Positions 8,947-17,760 of a stretch of 64,000 nucleotides of DNA are shown here, in pieces; position 1 is the stretch's first letter, and each line of letters begins with the position of its first letter. The translations under genes were made by a program, and so were the position numbers. Below the pieces are notes generated by a model. It was not told where the DNA came from, did not search any database, and saw nothing but the letters and a program-made list of their open reading frames with translations. Origin of the DNA: an uncultured Gammaproteobacteria bacterium (GTDB lineage: Bacteria > Pseudomonadota > Gammaproteobacteria > UBA9214); assembly GCA_963773065.1 (NCBI GenBank), contig CAVYZN010000011.1, positions 224,001-288,000 on the forward strand, written 5' to 3'.

Positions 8947-10512
8947 CGGTGCGCTCCTGTTGCTCTGCCATCTCGGCGGCGTCGTCGGTGTCGAGTTGAT
9001 CGTAGGCCGCCAGGGAGGCGGGACGCACCACGATGTTTCTCGCCTTGGCGTTGTCCGGCAGCACGATGGCCAGCGGTGGCGGCAGGTGGCGCTGCTCACG
9101 CGCTCGCTCCAGCGCCTGGCGCACCGCATTGGGGTGCGGAACCCCGTTGGCGAGCGCCTCGGCGATGGCGTGCTCGAGCGCGCTTGCACCGTATTCGTCG
9201 AGCAGCCGGGTCAGCTGCGAGACGACCTGGCTCAGGCGGTTGCCCCGCTCGGCCGCCTCGCGCAGCAACTGGCGGCTCGACGGCGCCGCGTGCGCCAGGC
9301 GGTCCTGACCGCGGTGCTGGCGTGCGCCGCGCTTGGCATCGATCAACGCCTCGATATGGCCCGGATCCTCGATCTGCTCGCCCTTGCCATAGACGCGCCG
9401 GTGCTCGGCAATCACCGCGCCGGCGTCAAGCACCCGCACCTGGGTCGGCGAGGCCAGGACCGTCACGGTGCGCCGCACCTGGGTGTGCGGCACCGAGTAG
9501 TCATTAAGATCAAAGCGGATATACGGTGTCTTGCCGACACTCACTTCGAGGCGTTCCTCGGTGGGATAGGGATTGTCCGGTAAGGCAATGAGCTGCGCGC
9601 GCTCCTGCTCGAAGGCGTCCCTGACGGTGATAGCGGGGTCTTCCGGACACGGGCGGTTGGCACTGAGGCCCGAGTACCAGGCCGCGGCCTGCGCATTCAA
9701 GTCCTCGACATCCGACCATTGACGACCGGCAAAGAAGCTGTCGCGGATGTAGCGGATCGCCCGCTCGACACGGCCTTTTTCATTGCCTCGCGCGGGCGCC
9801 ACCGGCCGCGGCTCGAAGCGATAGTGTGCCGACAGCGCCAGCAGCGTGGGGTGAAAACGGATCGCCTCGCCCTGGCGCTCGAGCACGGCGGAGCGCAAGT
9901 TATCGTAGAGCAGCACCCGCGCCACACCCCCGCAGGCGCTGAACGCCGCGACGTGCCCGCGCAGGAAGTTGTCCATGCGTTGGTTGAGATAAAAGCGCAG
10001 GAAGATCTGCCGGCTCCAGCTCAACACCATCACGAAGGCCATCAACGGGCGCTGCGCCCGGCCGATCTGTACCTGCCCGAAGTGCCCCCAGTCGATCTGT
10101 GCCTCGGCAACTGCTCCTGCGTTGCTCTACCTCCTGCATCCATGCAGTCGTGCTCGCCCGGCAGGGTTCGCAGTCGCAGATACGCCTCACTGGGCTTGCG
10201 CGGGCGCAGCTGCGCCACATGCGCCCTGAACTGGCTCGCCCCACCGGCGTAGCCGCGCGCCTGCGCCATGGCATACAGGCGTGCGGCGGTGAGCCGGGGA
10301 AACTGCGCGAGCGTCTCGATGATCATCGGGTGGTAGGGATCGACGATCGAGGCTTGGCGGGTGCGCTCGGCTTTGGGCAAGCCCGCCTGCGAGAGCACCC
10401 GATCGACGCTGGAGTGATGAATACCCAGTTGCGCGGCAATGGTGTTCACCCCCCAGCGCTCCACGAAGTGATAGCGCAGAATCTTCGCTTCCTGTTCCTT
10501 GTCGATCGTCAA
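8930..10512 (-). pseudogene. istA: IS21-family transposase IstA, frameshifted by a 47-bp insertion
   Basis: N-terminal HTH (IAAQLGIHHSSV), PGE..QIDWGHF, LYDNLRSAV, NEKGRVER. Removing 10104-10150 restores one 511-aa ORF. Confidence 0.9.
10104..10150 (-). repeat. 47-bp double-hairpin miniature insertion
   Basis: cgactgcatggatgcaggaggtagagcaacgcaggagcagttgccga interrupts codons GAG CA|G GCA CAG (E-Q-A-Q); hairpins ctgca-tgga-tgcag and gcaac-gc-agga-gc-a-gttgc. Confidence 0.8.
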
Positions 10513-10539
10513 TGGCTGTCTCCTGTTGTCGCGCTTCGG

Positions 10540-10965
10540 TCACGGTGCTCGCGGTTGTCGAGCGCGTTCGGTGGGTCGAAGAAACTCCCGTCTCAACCAG
10601 GGCTCGCATTCACAACCACAGACATGGCAATAAATCGCGGTAGGGGCGCCGCTGCGCGCGTCTTCCTGAGGACTTTCCGGGTTGTTCAATGCGCAGAGGA
10701 GTAGAACAAGCGCCACTATCGGAAGGGAACCCTGATGCGTTACTTTTTGTCTTTGACGCGCACGGAACCGGCCCTGACGGGCGGCGTTGGCCAGGCGACC
10801 CCGGCGCGTCGAACAGTAACGGGATCCGGCGCGTCGCAGCGACGCCGTTCGGGCCCGTTCAGCGCAACCGCGGGCGCAGTAGAGGTTCCCCCGGTCGCAC
10901 TGTCGACAGACAAAGACCTGGCAATGGCAGCCGGCACAATGGTACAGACGGGCACTGGGTTTCAT
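10540..10965 (-). CDS. Cys-rich, Arg-rich putative zinc-binding accessory protein upstream of istA
   Basis: CAGC-x6-CRQC-x6-CARGC, basic segment RRGRLANAARQGRFRARQR, C-terminal CHVCGCEC; inside the element IRs and co-oriented with istA; probable ATG 10965. Confidence 0.7.
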   Translation of the reverse strand: MKPSARLYHCAGCHCQVFVCRQCDRGNLYCARGCAERARTASLRRAGSRYCSTRRGRLANAARQGRFRARQRQKVTHQGSLPIVALVLLLCALNNPESPQEDARSGAPTAIYCHVCGCECEPWLRREFLRPTERARQPRAP

Positions 10966-11010
10966 CGGCACAACCGGCCGATGAGCGCTGGATAATGACC
11001 ACGCCAGGTG

Positions 11011-11108
11011 CGACACTACGGTGGCTGTGCGAAAGCACGGTTGGGGGCGTAGCGCCAGGGTTGACCGTCAAATCATGGCTGGCGTTACGCCTATCTCCTC
11101 GGCCAGCC
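11011..11108 (-). ncRNA. candidate two-domain structured RNA in the IS21-like leader
   Basis: Two adjacent stems (ggctggccg/cggtcaacc and tggcgctacg/cgtagtgtcg, with G.U pairs on the minus strand), each enclosing an inner hairpin followed by agcca. Confidence 0.5.
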
Positions 11109-11729
11109 TGTCTTACCAACTTTCAGATTCTCTGTCACCTGATTCGGGTGACTCCGCGCCCCGTCAAACCTCGTTCTTGCACACCGAGTCGTCAACGCAG
11201 ACCTCAAGTGCAGGGGTGCGCCTCGAATACAGTCGCGGCAAATAGCCGCGGGTTTTGGTCGGCACTTACATCCGGCAACAGATGGTTGAGCTGGTCCGTG
11301 CGGGCCGCAAGTATGCGGAACTGGAAAAGGAGTTTGGCTGCACCGGCTGGTCGATCCGGCAAAGGGTCAAGCAGGCCGATCGGGATTCGGGTCGGGGAGA
11401 CGGTGGCCTGACGAACGAAGAGCGACAGGAGCTGATGCGGCTGCGGCGTGAGAACCGGCAGCTCAAGCTGGAGCGGGAGATCCTGTCAAAAGCCGCGGCT
11501 TGGTTTGCGAAGGAGAGCACCGCGACACCGAAGCGCTCTTCGGATTCGTGAAGGCACACCAGGCCCATTATCCGGTACGTGTCATGTGCCGGTTGCTCAA
11601 GATCTCCCAGAGCGGCTTCTACGCATGGGACGGTCGAGCGTTGTCGGCGCGTGCGCGCGAGGACATCGGCCTGACGGCGCTGATCCACGGTATCCATCGC
11701 CGCTCCAAAGGCGCGTACGGGGCGCCATC

Positions 11730-11830
11730 GATCCAGGTCGCCGGCGTTCCAGAAGAGCGCATGGTCAAGATATTCACGGCGAATGGTTCCGATCAGCCGT
11801 TCGACGAAAGGATGCGATAACGGTACGTAA
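11730..11830 (-). pseudogene. short rve/integrase-core remnant
   Basis: Minus strand reads VPLSHPFVERLIGTIRREYLDHALFWNAGDLDR, the ERxIGTIRRE motif of integrase-core transposases. Confidence 0.6.
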
Positions 11831-11922
11831 GGAACGGATTTGATCGAGCATTCTTTCCGAATTTTCTGCAGGGAAGTTGCATTATGTTATTTCAATATCA
11901 TCCGTTCGGATGATCCGGTGCG

Positions 11923-12336
11923 CTAGGTCTCCAGCCAGTTTTCCAACTTCAACCTGGGGACTCGGGAAAATTCACGGGTATTCGCGGTGACCAGCGTAAG
12001 GTCCATCGCGAGGGTATGCGCCGCAATCAACAGGTCATTGGGCCCGATAGGCATGCCCTGATGTGACAGGTGATGGCGTAACTCACCGTAATGCCGGTCT
12101 GCCGGGGGTTCCAGGGGAAGGATTTCCATGGCGGAGAGAATCAGGTCGACTGTCTGTGCCAGTTTCTCCGAGCCTGATTTGATCGCACCAAACCGAAGCT
12201 CCGCGGCCACGACAATGCTGGTGCAGACGGCGTCCTCACTTGTCGTGGCAATTCTGCTTGCCACCGTGCCCTGCGGATGGCGGATCAGGTTGGAGAGGAT
12301 GTTGGTATCGAGCAGGTAACGGAGCGCCATGCTCAA
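11923..12336 (-). CDS. vapC: VapC PIN-domain toxin
   Basis: YLLDTNILS, SIVVAAELRFG, IGPNDLLIAAH, LVTANTREFSRV. Confidence 0.93.
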   Translation of the reverse strand: MSMALRYLLDTNILSNLIRHPQGTVASRIATTSEDAVCTSIVVAAELRFGAIKSGSEKLAQTVDLILSAMEILPLEPPADRHYGELRHHLSHQGMPIGPNDLLIAAHTLAMDLTLVTANTREFSRVPRLKLENWLET

Positions 12337-12575
12337 AGCGTTACATCGTCCAGTGGCGGCAGGTCTTCGTCCACGTCCGGAAAGGGTATCTCCAGCGGTT
12401 CCAGGGATGAGAGCAGGGCAAGCAGCCGCCCCTTTCTGACCGGTTCCACGATCAGGCGGTTTCCCTCCTTGCGCAAGATCGCCTCATCCCCCTCCAGCTC
12501 AAACTCACGCGGGATGCGCAGTGCCTGGTTGCGCCCGTTGCGGAACAGGCGGACATGTCGTTCAGGGTGGGCCAT
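12333..12575 (-). CDS. vapB: VapB antitoxin (AbrB/SpoVT-type)
   Basis: LFRNGRNQALRIPREFEL; overlaps the vapC start. Confidence 0.92.
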   Translation of the reverse strand: MAHPERHVRLFRNGRNQALRIPREFELEGDEAILRKEGNRLIVEPVRKGRLLALLSSLEPLEIPFPDVDEDLPPLDDVTL

Positions 12576-12595
12576 TTTGGGGATCTCCTAATGTA

Positions 12596-12636
12596 GGCAT
12601 ATGCCACAACATATGCCACGAATCGGTGGCTGTCAA
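12596..12636 (-). promoter_or_regulatory. vapBC sigma70 promoter with overlapping operator repeats
   Basis: Minus strand TTGACA-17bp-TATGTT; palindrome ggcatatgcc and direct repeat catatgccac x2 over the -10/+1 region. Confidence 0.65.
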
Positions 12637-12993
12637 GCGCAGACCATGTGCCGTTCACGCTTCGGAATTTTTACGGGACTGGGTTGTGCACGGTTCTGCA
12701 ATCGAGGCAACGGGCGCCCAATTTATTCGTAATTAAAACAATAATATACAAGACAACAATGCCCTCATAATGCTGGGGTCGGTGGTTCGTAGCTAATCCT
12801 TCAAATATAGACAATTGCGGTGGCATCTGAACGGCTAGGCGCTGCGCAGTAACACCGTTACGGGCTTTTACGGGACCCTTCTCCTCCCACCCGGTAGGCG
12901 TACTCGATGTCTGTAATTCCGCCGCCGAGTTGTGCGTGGCAAAACCCCAGTTTGAGCAGCAACTCGTTGGCAATACGTTCCTCACTCCAAGAC

Positions 12994-15400
12994 CTGATCT
13001 TTACCCACATCTTTTCAGAGCACAAGGAAATTGAGGGCATGGTGGCAAATTTGATTTTAGATTTTCAGGTGGCCGCAGCCCCATGGTAGAGATCATAGGC
13101 GCGTTCGATATCGGCCAATCGCGCCATGCCGCGCCAGAGTACTTCCGTGCCCGGATGACCATCGCCCCTGCGTCCGAGATGACCTCCGAGCTTGCCCAGC
13201 AGTCGCACGGCTTCATTCAGGTTTGGCGGCAACTCGGGCGGTGTTTTGGTTTTGTTCACGAAGGTGATCAACGCACGCCACTCCGAGTCGGTGAAGTACA
13301 CGGTGCAGGGCACCTCGGGGGTGTGCTCGCCAAGCAGGGTCAGATAGAAGATGCGCCACGCCACGATGAGATCGATTGCCAGGCAGTTGCTCAGACGGTG
13401 GCTGTTCTCCAGTTGCCGCGCCTCGACGCGACAACCGCTCTTGAGGATACGGTGATAGACCTCGATGCCCCAGCGGCGCGCATACCAAGCCAGACGTTGG
13501 AACGCGTCGTCCTTGTGTCTCACCTCCACGGTGGTGAGCAGCATCCATTCCAGGGCGTCCACTGCATCCGGCGGATCGATCTCCTGGGCCAGCACCGCCC
13601 ACACCGGCACCGGCGCCAGTTGGGGGCTGCGCGCCGGGGGCTTGAGGACAACAGCGGCCGCGCGCACCGCCAAGCGCGCCTGACGTGCCGCCCGTTTCTC
13701 ATTCGGCGGGATCAGCAACTCGCGCTTGCCGATGACGGGTTGTTGCTCCAGCACCCGCCACAGCGGCTCATGGGTGTCTTCCTCACCGAGGACTTGGCGG
13801 TTGCGCGAGCGCTCGGCGCGGATCAGCAACTGCGCCCCATGCGCCGTCCTGGCCTGCGCGGCGAACACTTCGTGGATATCCGCCTCGCGATCGGCCATCA
13901 CCACCAGTACGGTGTTGCGGCAACGCTTCTGCACCGCCGAGACCGCTTGATAGCTCTGCACCCACTTGAAGCTCTCTTTGTCCTCGATGGGTTTGCTGTG
14001 GCGCTCATGACGGCTGCCAATTCCCGTGCGAGCCCAGCATTGCAGGTCCAGCAGCCCCAACGGCGTGCCCTCGGGGGTGAACGCCAGCGTGTCGTGCACC
14101 ATCAGCCCTCGCACCTGCTCGCTGTCGGTGCCGATCGGTCCCAGACCGTCGGTATGGGGATGGGTGCTGTAATTGAGGGTGGTGGTGTCCTGTGCCACCA
14201 GCACCAGAGGCGCCTCACGCACGCGCGCCTCGGCGGCCGCGTAATGCGAGGCCAGGATCGCCGGCCACCGCACGTTTTCGTTGTCCAGAAACCGGTACGC
14301 CGCCTTGGCCGCCATCGCCGAGCCACAGGCTTGGGGAATGTTCGCCGTCGGCTTGTCGTAGAACATGCCGGTCATCTGCAGCAGTCTGGCGGTCAAACGT
14401 GCATCGCCCATGTTCGCTCCTCCCAGTTCCGCTTCTATCCAGTCACGCGGGGCGCGTGGCAATGGCGCGGACGCGACGCGCACCTGACCATCCGCCTCGC
14501 GACACAATTGGCTCTGCCAAGCCCGCGACAGCGGCAGGACATACACGTCCTTGATGCTCGCCCCCGTGCCTTGCCGGCCGCGCCCTGCGCTGGTTCCGAC
14601 CCACGTCCAATTCGCCGCACGGTAACAGGTTCCGGCAAAACGGCCGCGCTCCACATACGTCTCCAGCAGCACCGGAGCATACCCATACACCTGCTCACAG
14701 TCTTGCGCCAAGCGGGCTTGGGCGCGTGCCAGCACCCACGATGCCAGACACTTCACCTGGACGCTCGGCGCAATCAGAAAACGACTGTTGTTCACTACCA
14801 GCGGGTGATTGCGCTGGCGTGTCGCCTCGGTCCAACCGATCCAACGGTCGCGACAGTCCACGCGAAGCGCACACGCGCTGTAGCTCAAGCCCCCGAGCCA
14901 GCCATAACGGCTGCTACGCACCAGATAACGCAACTGCGCACCGCACAGCGGCCCGCTCTTCAGGTAATGATGCGCATCGAGCATCCCGCGCCACAGCGCC
15001 GACAAGGCGTTCGAGGTGACGCGGATGATCTCCACCTCGCCCAACTCCGCCAGCGTGCAGTGCACCTCGGCGATGGGTGGGCATGCCAGCGCTTGCCGCG
15101 CCTCCTGGAAGGCGTAGCGACGCGTAAGTGCTGGCAACTTGACCACGCCGCGCCGATGCAGTTCCAGCAAGCTCTTGCGGCAACTCATCTCCTGCGGTCG
15201 GCCGCTCGCGTTGCGCCACTCCATCCACTCGCACACGCGCAGCGACAGTTGCCGTCGCGAAATGTTCGGCTCCGCATTCACCGTCTCGGTGATGCGCGAC
15301 AGAATGTCCGGCGAAAATGTCCGTCCAGCAATCGTGACCATGCCGCAACTCTACGACACAATACCCGCTGTGTCCAGTCATTGTTGTGGGTAATGGTCAG
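12994..15400 (-). mobile_element. IS4-family (IS50/Tn5-like) element
   Basis: IRs ctgatctttacccaca / tgtgggtaatggtcag; 9-bp TSD ctccaagac (12985-12993, 15401-15409); inserted in another integrase-core remnant (RWKSRPGRPPIPLELR...WSEERIANELLLKLG). Confidence 0.9.
13065..15341 (-). CDS. IS4-family transposase with N-terminal DUF4338 (DruA-like) domain
   Basis: N-terminal HHYL...NNSRFLI...LLETYVE..RFAGTCYRAANW; C-terminal Tn5-like GDARL, QDTT, DREAD, Y..RWGIE.YH..LKSGC (YREK); intact 758 aa. Confidence 0.9.
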   Translation of the reverse strand: MVTIAGRTFSPDILSRITETVNAEPNISRRQLSLRVCEWMEWRNASGRPQEMSCRKSLLELHRRGVVKLPALTRRYAFQEARQALACPPIAEVHCTLAELGEVEIIRVTSNALSALWRGMLDAHHYLKSGPLCGAQLRYLVRSSRYGWLGGLSYSACALRVDCRDRWIGWTEATRQRNHPLVVNNSRFLIAPSVQVKCLASWVLARAQARLAQDCEQVYGYAPVLLETYVERGRFAGTCYRAANWTWVGTSAGRGRQGTGASIKDVYVLPLSRAWQSQLCREADGQVRVASAPLPRAPRDWIEAELGGANMGDARLTARLLQMTGMFYDKPTANIPQACGSAMAAKAAYRFLDNENVRWPAILASHYAAAEARVREAPLVLVAQDTTTLNYSTHPHTDGLGPIGTDSEQVRGLMVHDTLAFTPEGTPLGLLDLQCWARTGIGSRHERHSKPIEDKESFKWVQSYQAVSAVQKRCRNTVLVVMADREADIHEVFAAQARTAHGAQLLIRAERSRNRQVLGEEDTHEPLWRVLEQQPVIGKRELLIPPNEKRAARQARLAVRAAAVVLKPPARSPQLAPVPVWAVLAQEIDPPDAVDALEWMLLTTVEVRHKDDAFQRLAWYARRWGIEVYHRILKSGCRVEARQLENSHRLSNCLAIDLIVAWRIFYLTLLGEHTPEVPCTVYFTDSEWRALITFVNKTKTPPELPPNLNEAVRLLGKLGGHLGRRGDGHPGTEVLWRGMARLADIERAYDLYHGAAAT

Positions 15401-15707
15401 CTCCAAGACGAATTGCTCAAAGTCATTTCCCGGTTGTGCGCGCGCGCAGTTCCAGCGGTATTGGAGGTCGTCCTGGACGCGACTTCCACCGCAAAACAGG
15501 CGTAAACCCTATTTCTCGCCGGCTACAATGTGCTAATCCCGAGAAACTGCGTCGGATCCATCTTCCGGAACCTTGCGGTGGTTGATGGCTACCCTTGAAC
15601 GCACCGTCACAAGCCGGCCGTGTCGCTCGTCTTGATGAAGGCATCCGGGTTACACATGTGTGTGACACGGATATATTCCCACGATACAGACTGAATGGGG
15701 AATCGCT

Positions 15708-16193
15708 ATGCAACCACGATTGAATTTTTCGAAAGTCTCGCCCGAGGCATCCAAGGCCATGCTGGGTCTCGAGACCTGCATCGCCAGAGGCAGCATCGAA
15801 CGCCCGCTCATCGAACTGGTCAAGATGCGTGCCTCGCAGATCAACGGCTGCGCCTTTTGCCTGGATATGCACTCGAAAGACGCACGCGCCGCGGGTGAGA
15901 ATGAGCAGCGGCTCTACGCACTCGATGCCTGGCGTGAGACACCGTTCTATACGGCACGGGAGCGGGCAGCCCTGGCCTGGACGGAAACACTCACGCTCGT
16001 CGCCGAGACCCATGTGCCGGATGCAGAGTACGATGCGGCACGCAGCGAGTTCTCGGAGCAGGAGCTGGTCGATCTGACGCTCACGATTGTCGCCATCAAT
16101 GGTTGGAACCGGATCGAGGTCGGCTTTCGCGCCGTGCCCGGTACCTATCAACCGGCCAAGTTCGCGGGCCTGGCGAAGAGCGGCGAACACTGA
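15708..16193 (+). CDS. AhpD-like / carboxymuconolactone decarboxylase family protein
   Basis: ELVKMRASQINGCAFCLDMH, AWRETPFY..RERAALAW, INGWNR. Confidence 0.9.
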   Translation: MQPRLNFSKVSPEASKAMLGLETCIARGSIERPLIELVKMRASQINGCAFCLDMHSKDARAAGENEQRLYALDAWRETPFYTARERAALAWTETLTLVAETHVPDAEYDAARSEFSEQELVDLTLTIVAINGWNRIEVGFRAVPGTYQPAKFAGLAKSGEH

Positions 16194-16233
16194 AACGCGA
16201 CCGTGCGGGTCTCACCGCGTAAGGAGAAACGAC

Positions 16234-17619
16234 ATGCATCCGGTTCAAGAGGCGATCACAGGCCGGGAACCCCACGGGGATTTGTCTTCGCTATATCAGG
16301 CGCTCAGCCAGTTTTATCATGCCTTCAACGCACGCGACATGGAAACGATGTCGCGTAACTGTGCACAGTCCGACGACATTGTCATGGATAACCCCCTGGG
16401 TGGTATCAAGCGAGGCTGGGCTGAGATACAGTCGGTGTATGCGCGTATTTTCGACGGCCCCGCCGCGGTCTACGTCGAGTATTTCGACTACACCCTGCAT
16501 GAGACCACGGACATGTTTTACACCGTGGGGAGGGAACGAGGGTATTTACGCTCAGGCGGCGAAGAAATAGCGCTCGCCATTCGCACCACCCGCCTCTTCC
16601 GGAAAATCGACGGACGCTGGAAACAAGTTCATCATCATGGCTCCATCGAAGACCCGCGGCTGTTAACCGGTTACCAGGCAGCCGTCCTGGGCCGAAAGCC
16701 GTCGTTGCCGGTCATGTGCGGCCAGGAAATACCGCGGGCTGTTCCACCGGTGGAGTTCAAGATTGTTTCGGTGAATGGCATGAAGCTGTTTTACCGCGAC
16801 GCCGGTCCGAAGGACGCCCCCGTGATCCTGTTGCTGCACGGCTTTCCGTCGTCCTCGCGCATGTTCGCCACCCTGATTCAGAGGCTGGCGGACAACTACC
16901 GTTTGATCGCACCGGACTATCCGGGATTCCGCCACAGTGACGCGCCGCCACCTGAGCGGTTTTCCTATACCTTCGACCACCTCGCCGGATGCATCGGGGG
17001 GCTCATCGAGCAGCTCGGTGTAACCCGCTATGCACTCTATCTTCAGGATTACGGCGGCCCCGTGGGTTTCCGTCTGGCCCTGGCCCACCCGGAACGCGTT
17101 CTGGCGTTGATCATCCAGAACACCGTGGCCCATCTCGAGGGTCTGTCCCCGGCGTGGGATCTCCGCAAGGAGTTCTGGCAGGACCGTCAGGCGCAGAAAG
17201 AAACACTGCGCCAGGCACTGCTCTCGCCTGACGTTGCACGCCAGCGTCATGCCGGTCACGTTGCCGAGCGCATCGACCCCGATACTTGGTCCGACGAGCT
17301 TGCGTTTCTGATGCGGCCAGGGATGGATCGCATTCAACTCGAGCTGATGTACGACTATCGGACCAACGTGGCAGCGTATCCGGCCTGGCAAGCGTACTTG
17401 CGCGAGAACTGTCCGCCGACCCTGATCGTGTGGGGCAACCACGACGCGCTGTTCACGGTCGACGGTGCATTGGCCTTTGGACGCGAAGTCCCCGCCGCCG
17501 AGATTCATCTGCTCAATGCCGGCCACTTCGCCCTGGACGAGGAAGTGGAAACCGTGGCAGCACTGGTGCGACGTTTCCTTGCGGGGATCGGGTCACAACC
17601 ACTTGGCTCAGACTATTGA
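16234..17619 (+). CDS. SnoaL/NTF2-like domain fused to an epoxide-hydrolase-like alpha/beta hydrolase
   Basis: RBS aaggag before ATG 16234; FYHAFNARD...WKQVHHHGS (NTF2-like), then LLHGFP, QDYGG, GHFAL. Confidence 0.8.
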   Translation: MHPVQEAITGREPHGDLSSLYQALSQFYHAFNARDMETMSRNCAQSDDIVMDNPLGGIKRGWAEIQSVYARIFDGPAAVYVEYFDYTLHETTDMFYTVGRERGYLRSGGEEIALAIRTTRLFRKIDGRWKQVHHHGSIEDPRLLTGYQAAVLGRKPSLPVMCGQEIPRAVPPVEFKIVSVNGMKLFYRDAGPKDAPVILLLHGFPSSSRMFATLIQRLADNYRLIAPDYPGFRHSDAPPPERFSYTFDHLAGCIGGLIEQLGVTRYALYLQDYGGPVGFRLALAHPERVLALIIQNTVAHLEGLSPAWDLRKEFWQDRQAQKETLRQALLSPDVARQRHAGHVAERIDPDTWSDELAFLMRPGMDRIQLELMYDYRTNVAAYPAWQAYLRENCPPTLIVWGNHDALFTVDGALAFGREVPAAEIHLLNAGHFALDEEVETVAALVRRFLAGIGSQPLGSDY

Positions 17620-17760
17620 TGGATGTAGCCGTAAACGATGCATCGGGCAGACTGAACCTGTTTCAGGTCGGAAACGGAGCGTCGATGCGGCCGTCGGTGG
17701 CGATGAGCAAAGCGATCAACAGTGCCGTCCATTCTGGCGGTTTGGAACTATAATCGCCGC

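Larger units (their letters stand above)
6258..11270 (-). mobile_element. large IS21-like element with accessory genes
   Basis: Imperfect terminal IRs tgttgttgccggagtaaaagcgcggctatttgccgcgactg and (rc) tgtaagtgccgaccaaaacccgcggctatttgccgcgactg; 6-bp TSD tccggc (6252-6257, 11271-11276); contains istA and istB. Confidence 0.9.
6164..11735 (+). mobile_element. IS3-family element, orfA split by the IS21-like insertion, orfB truncated
   Basis: Left end tggacttgacccg at 6164. OrfA MAKKQRMYTPEFR (6218-6257) rejoins in frame with QQMVELVRAGRK...LKLEREILSKAAAWF (11277-11551). OrfB start YPVRVMCRLLKISQSGFY breaks off near 11735. Confidence 0.85.

Noticed and set aside
10101-10155. Programmed translational bypass (GAG take-off to GAG landing, 50 nt) across the istA insert
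   Set aside because: No in-frame stop follows the take-off codon, and the product would lack one residue of the conserved PGEQAQ motif. A simple 47-bp insertion explains the sequence better.
11021-11099. Direct guide match between leader RNA loops and the insertion target
   Set aside because: The best match by eye (cccaaccgt vs ctcaaccat near the target) is only 7/9, within chance. RNA guidance cannot be claimed from one insertion.
13083-15536. 817-aa plus-strand ORF
   Set aside because: Antisense shadow of the IS4 transposase in GC-rich DNA; no recognisable motifs.
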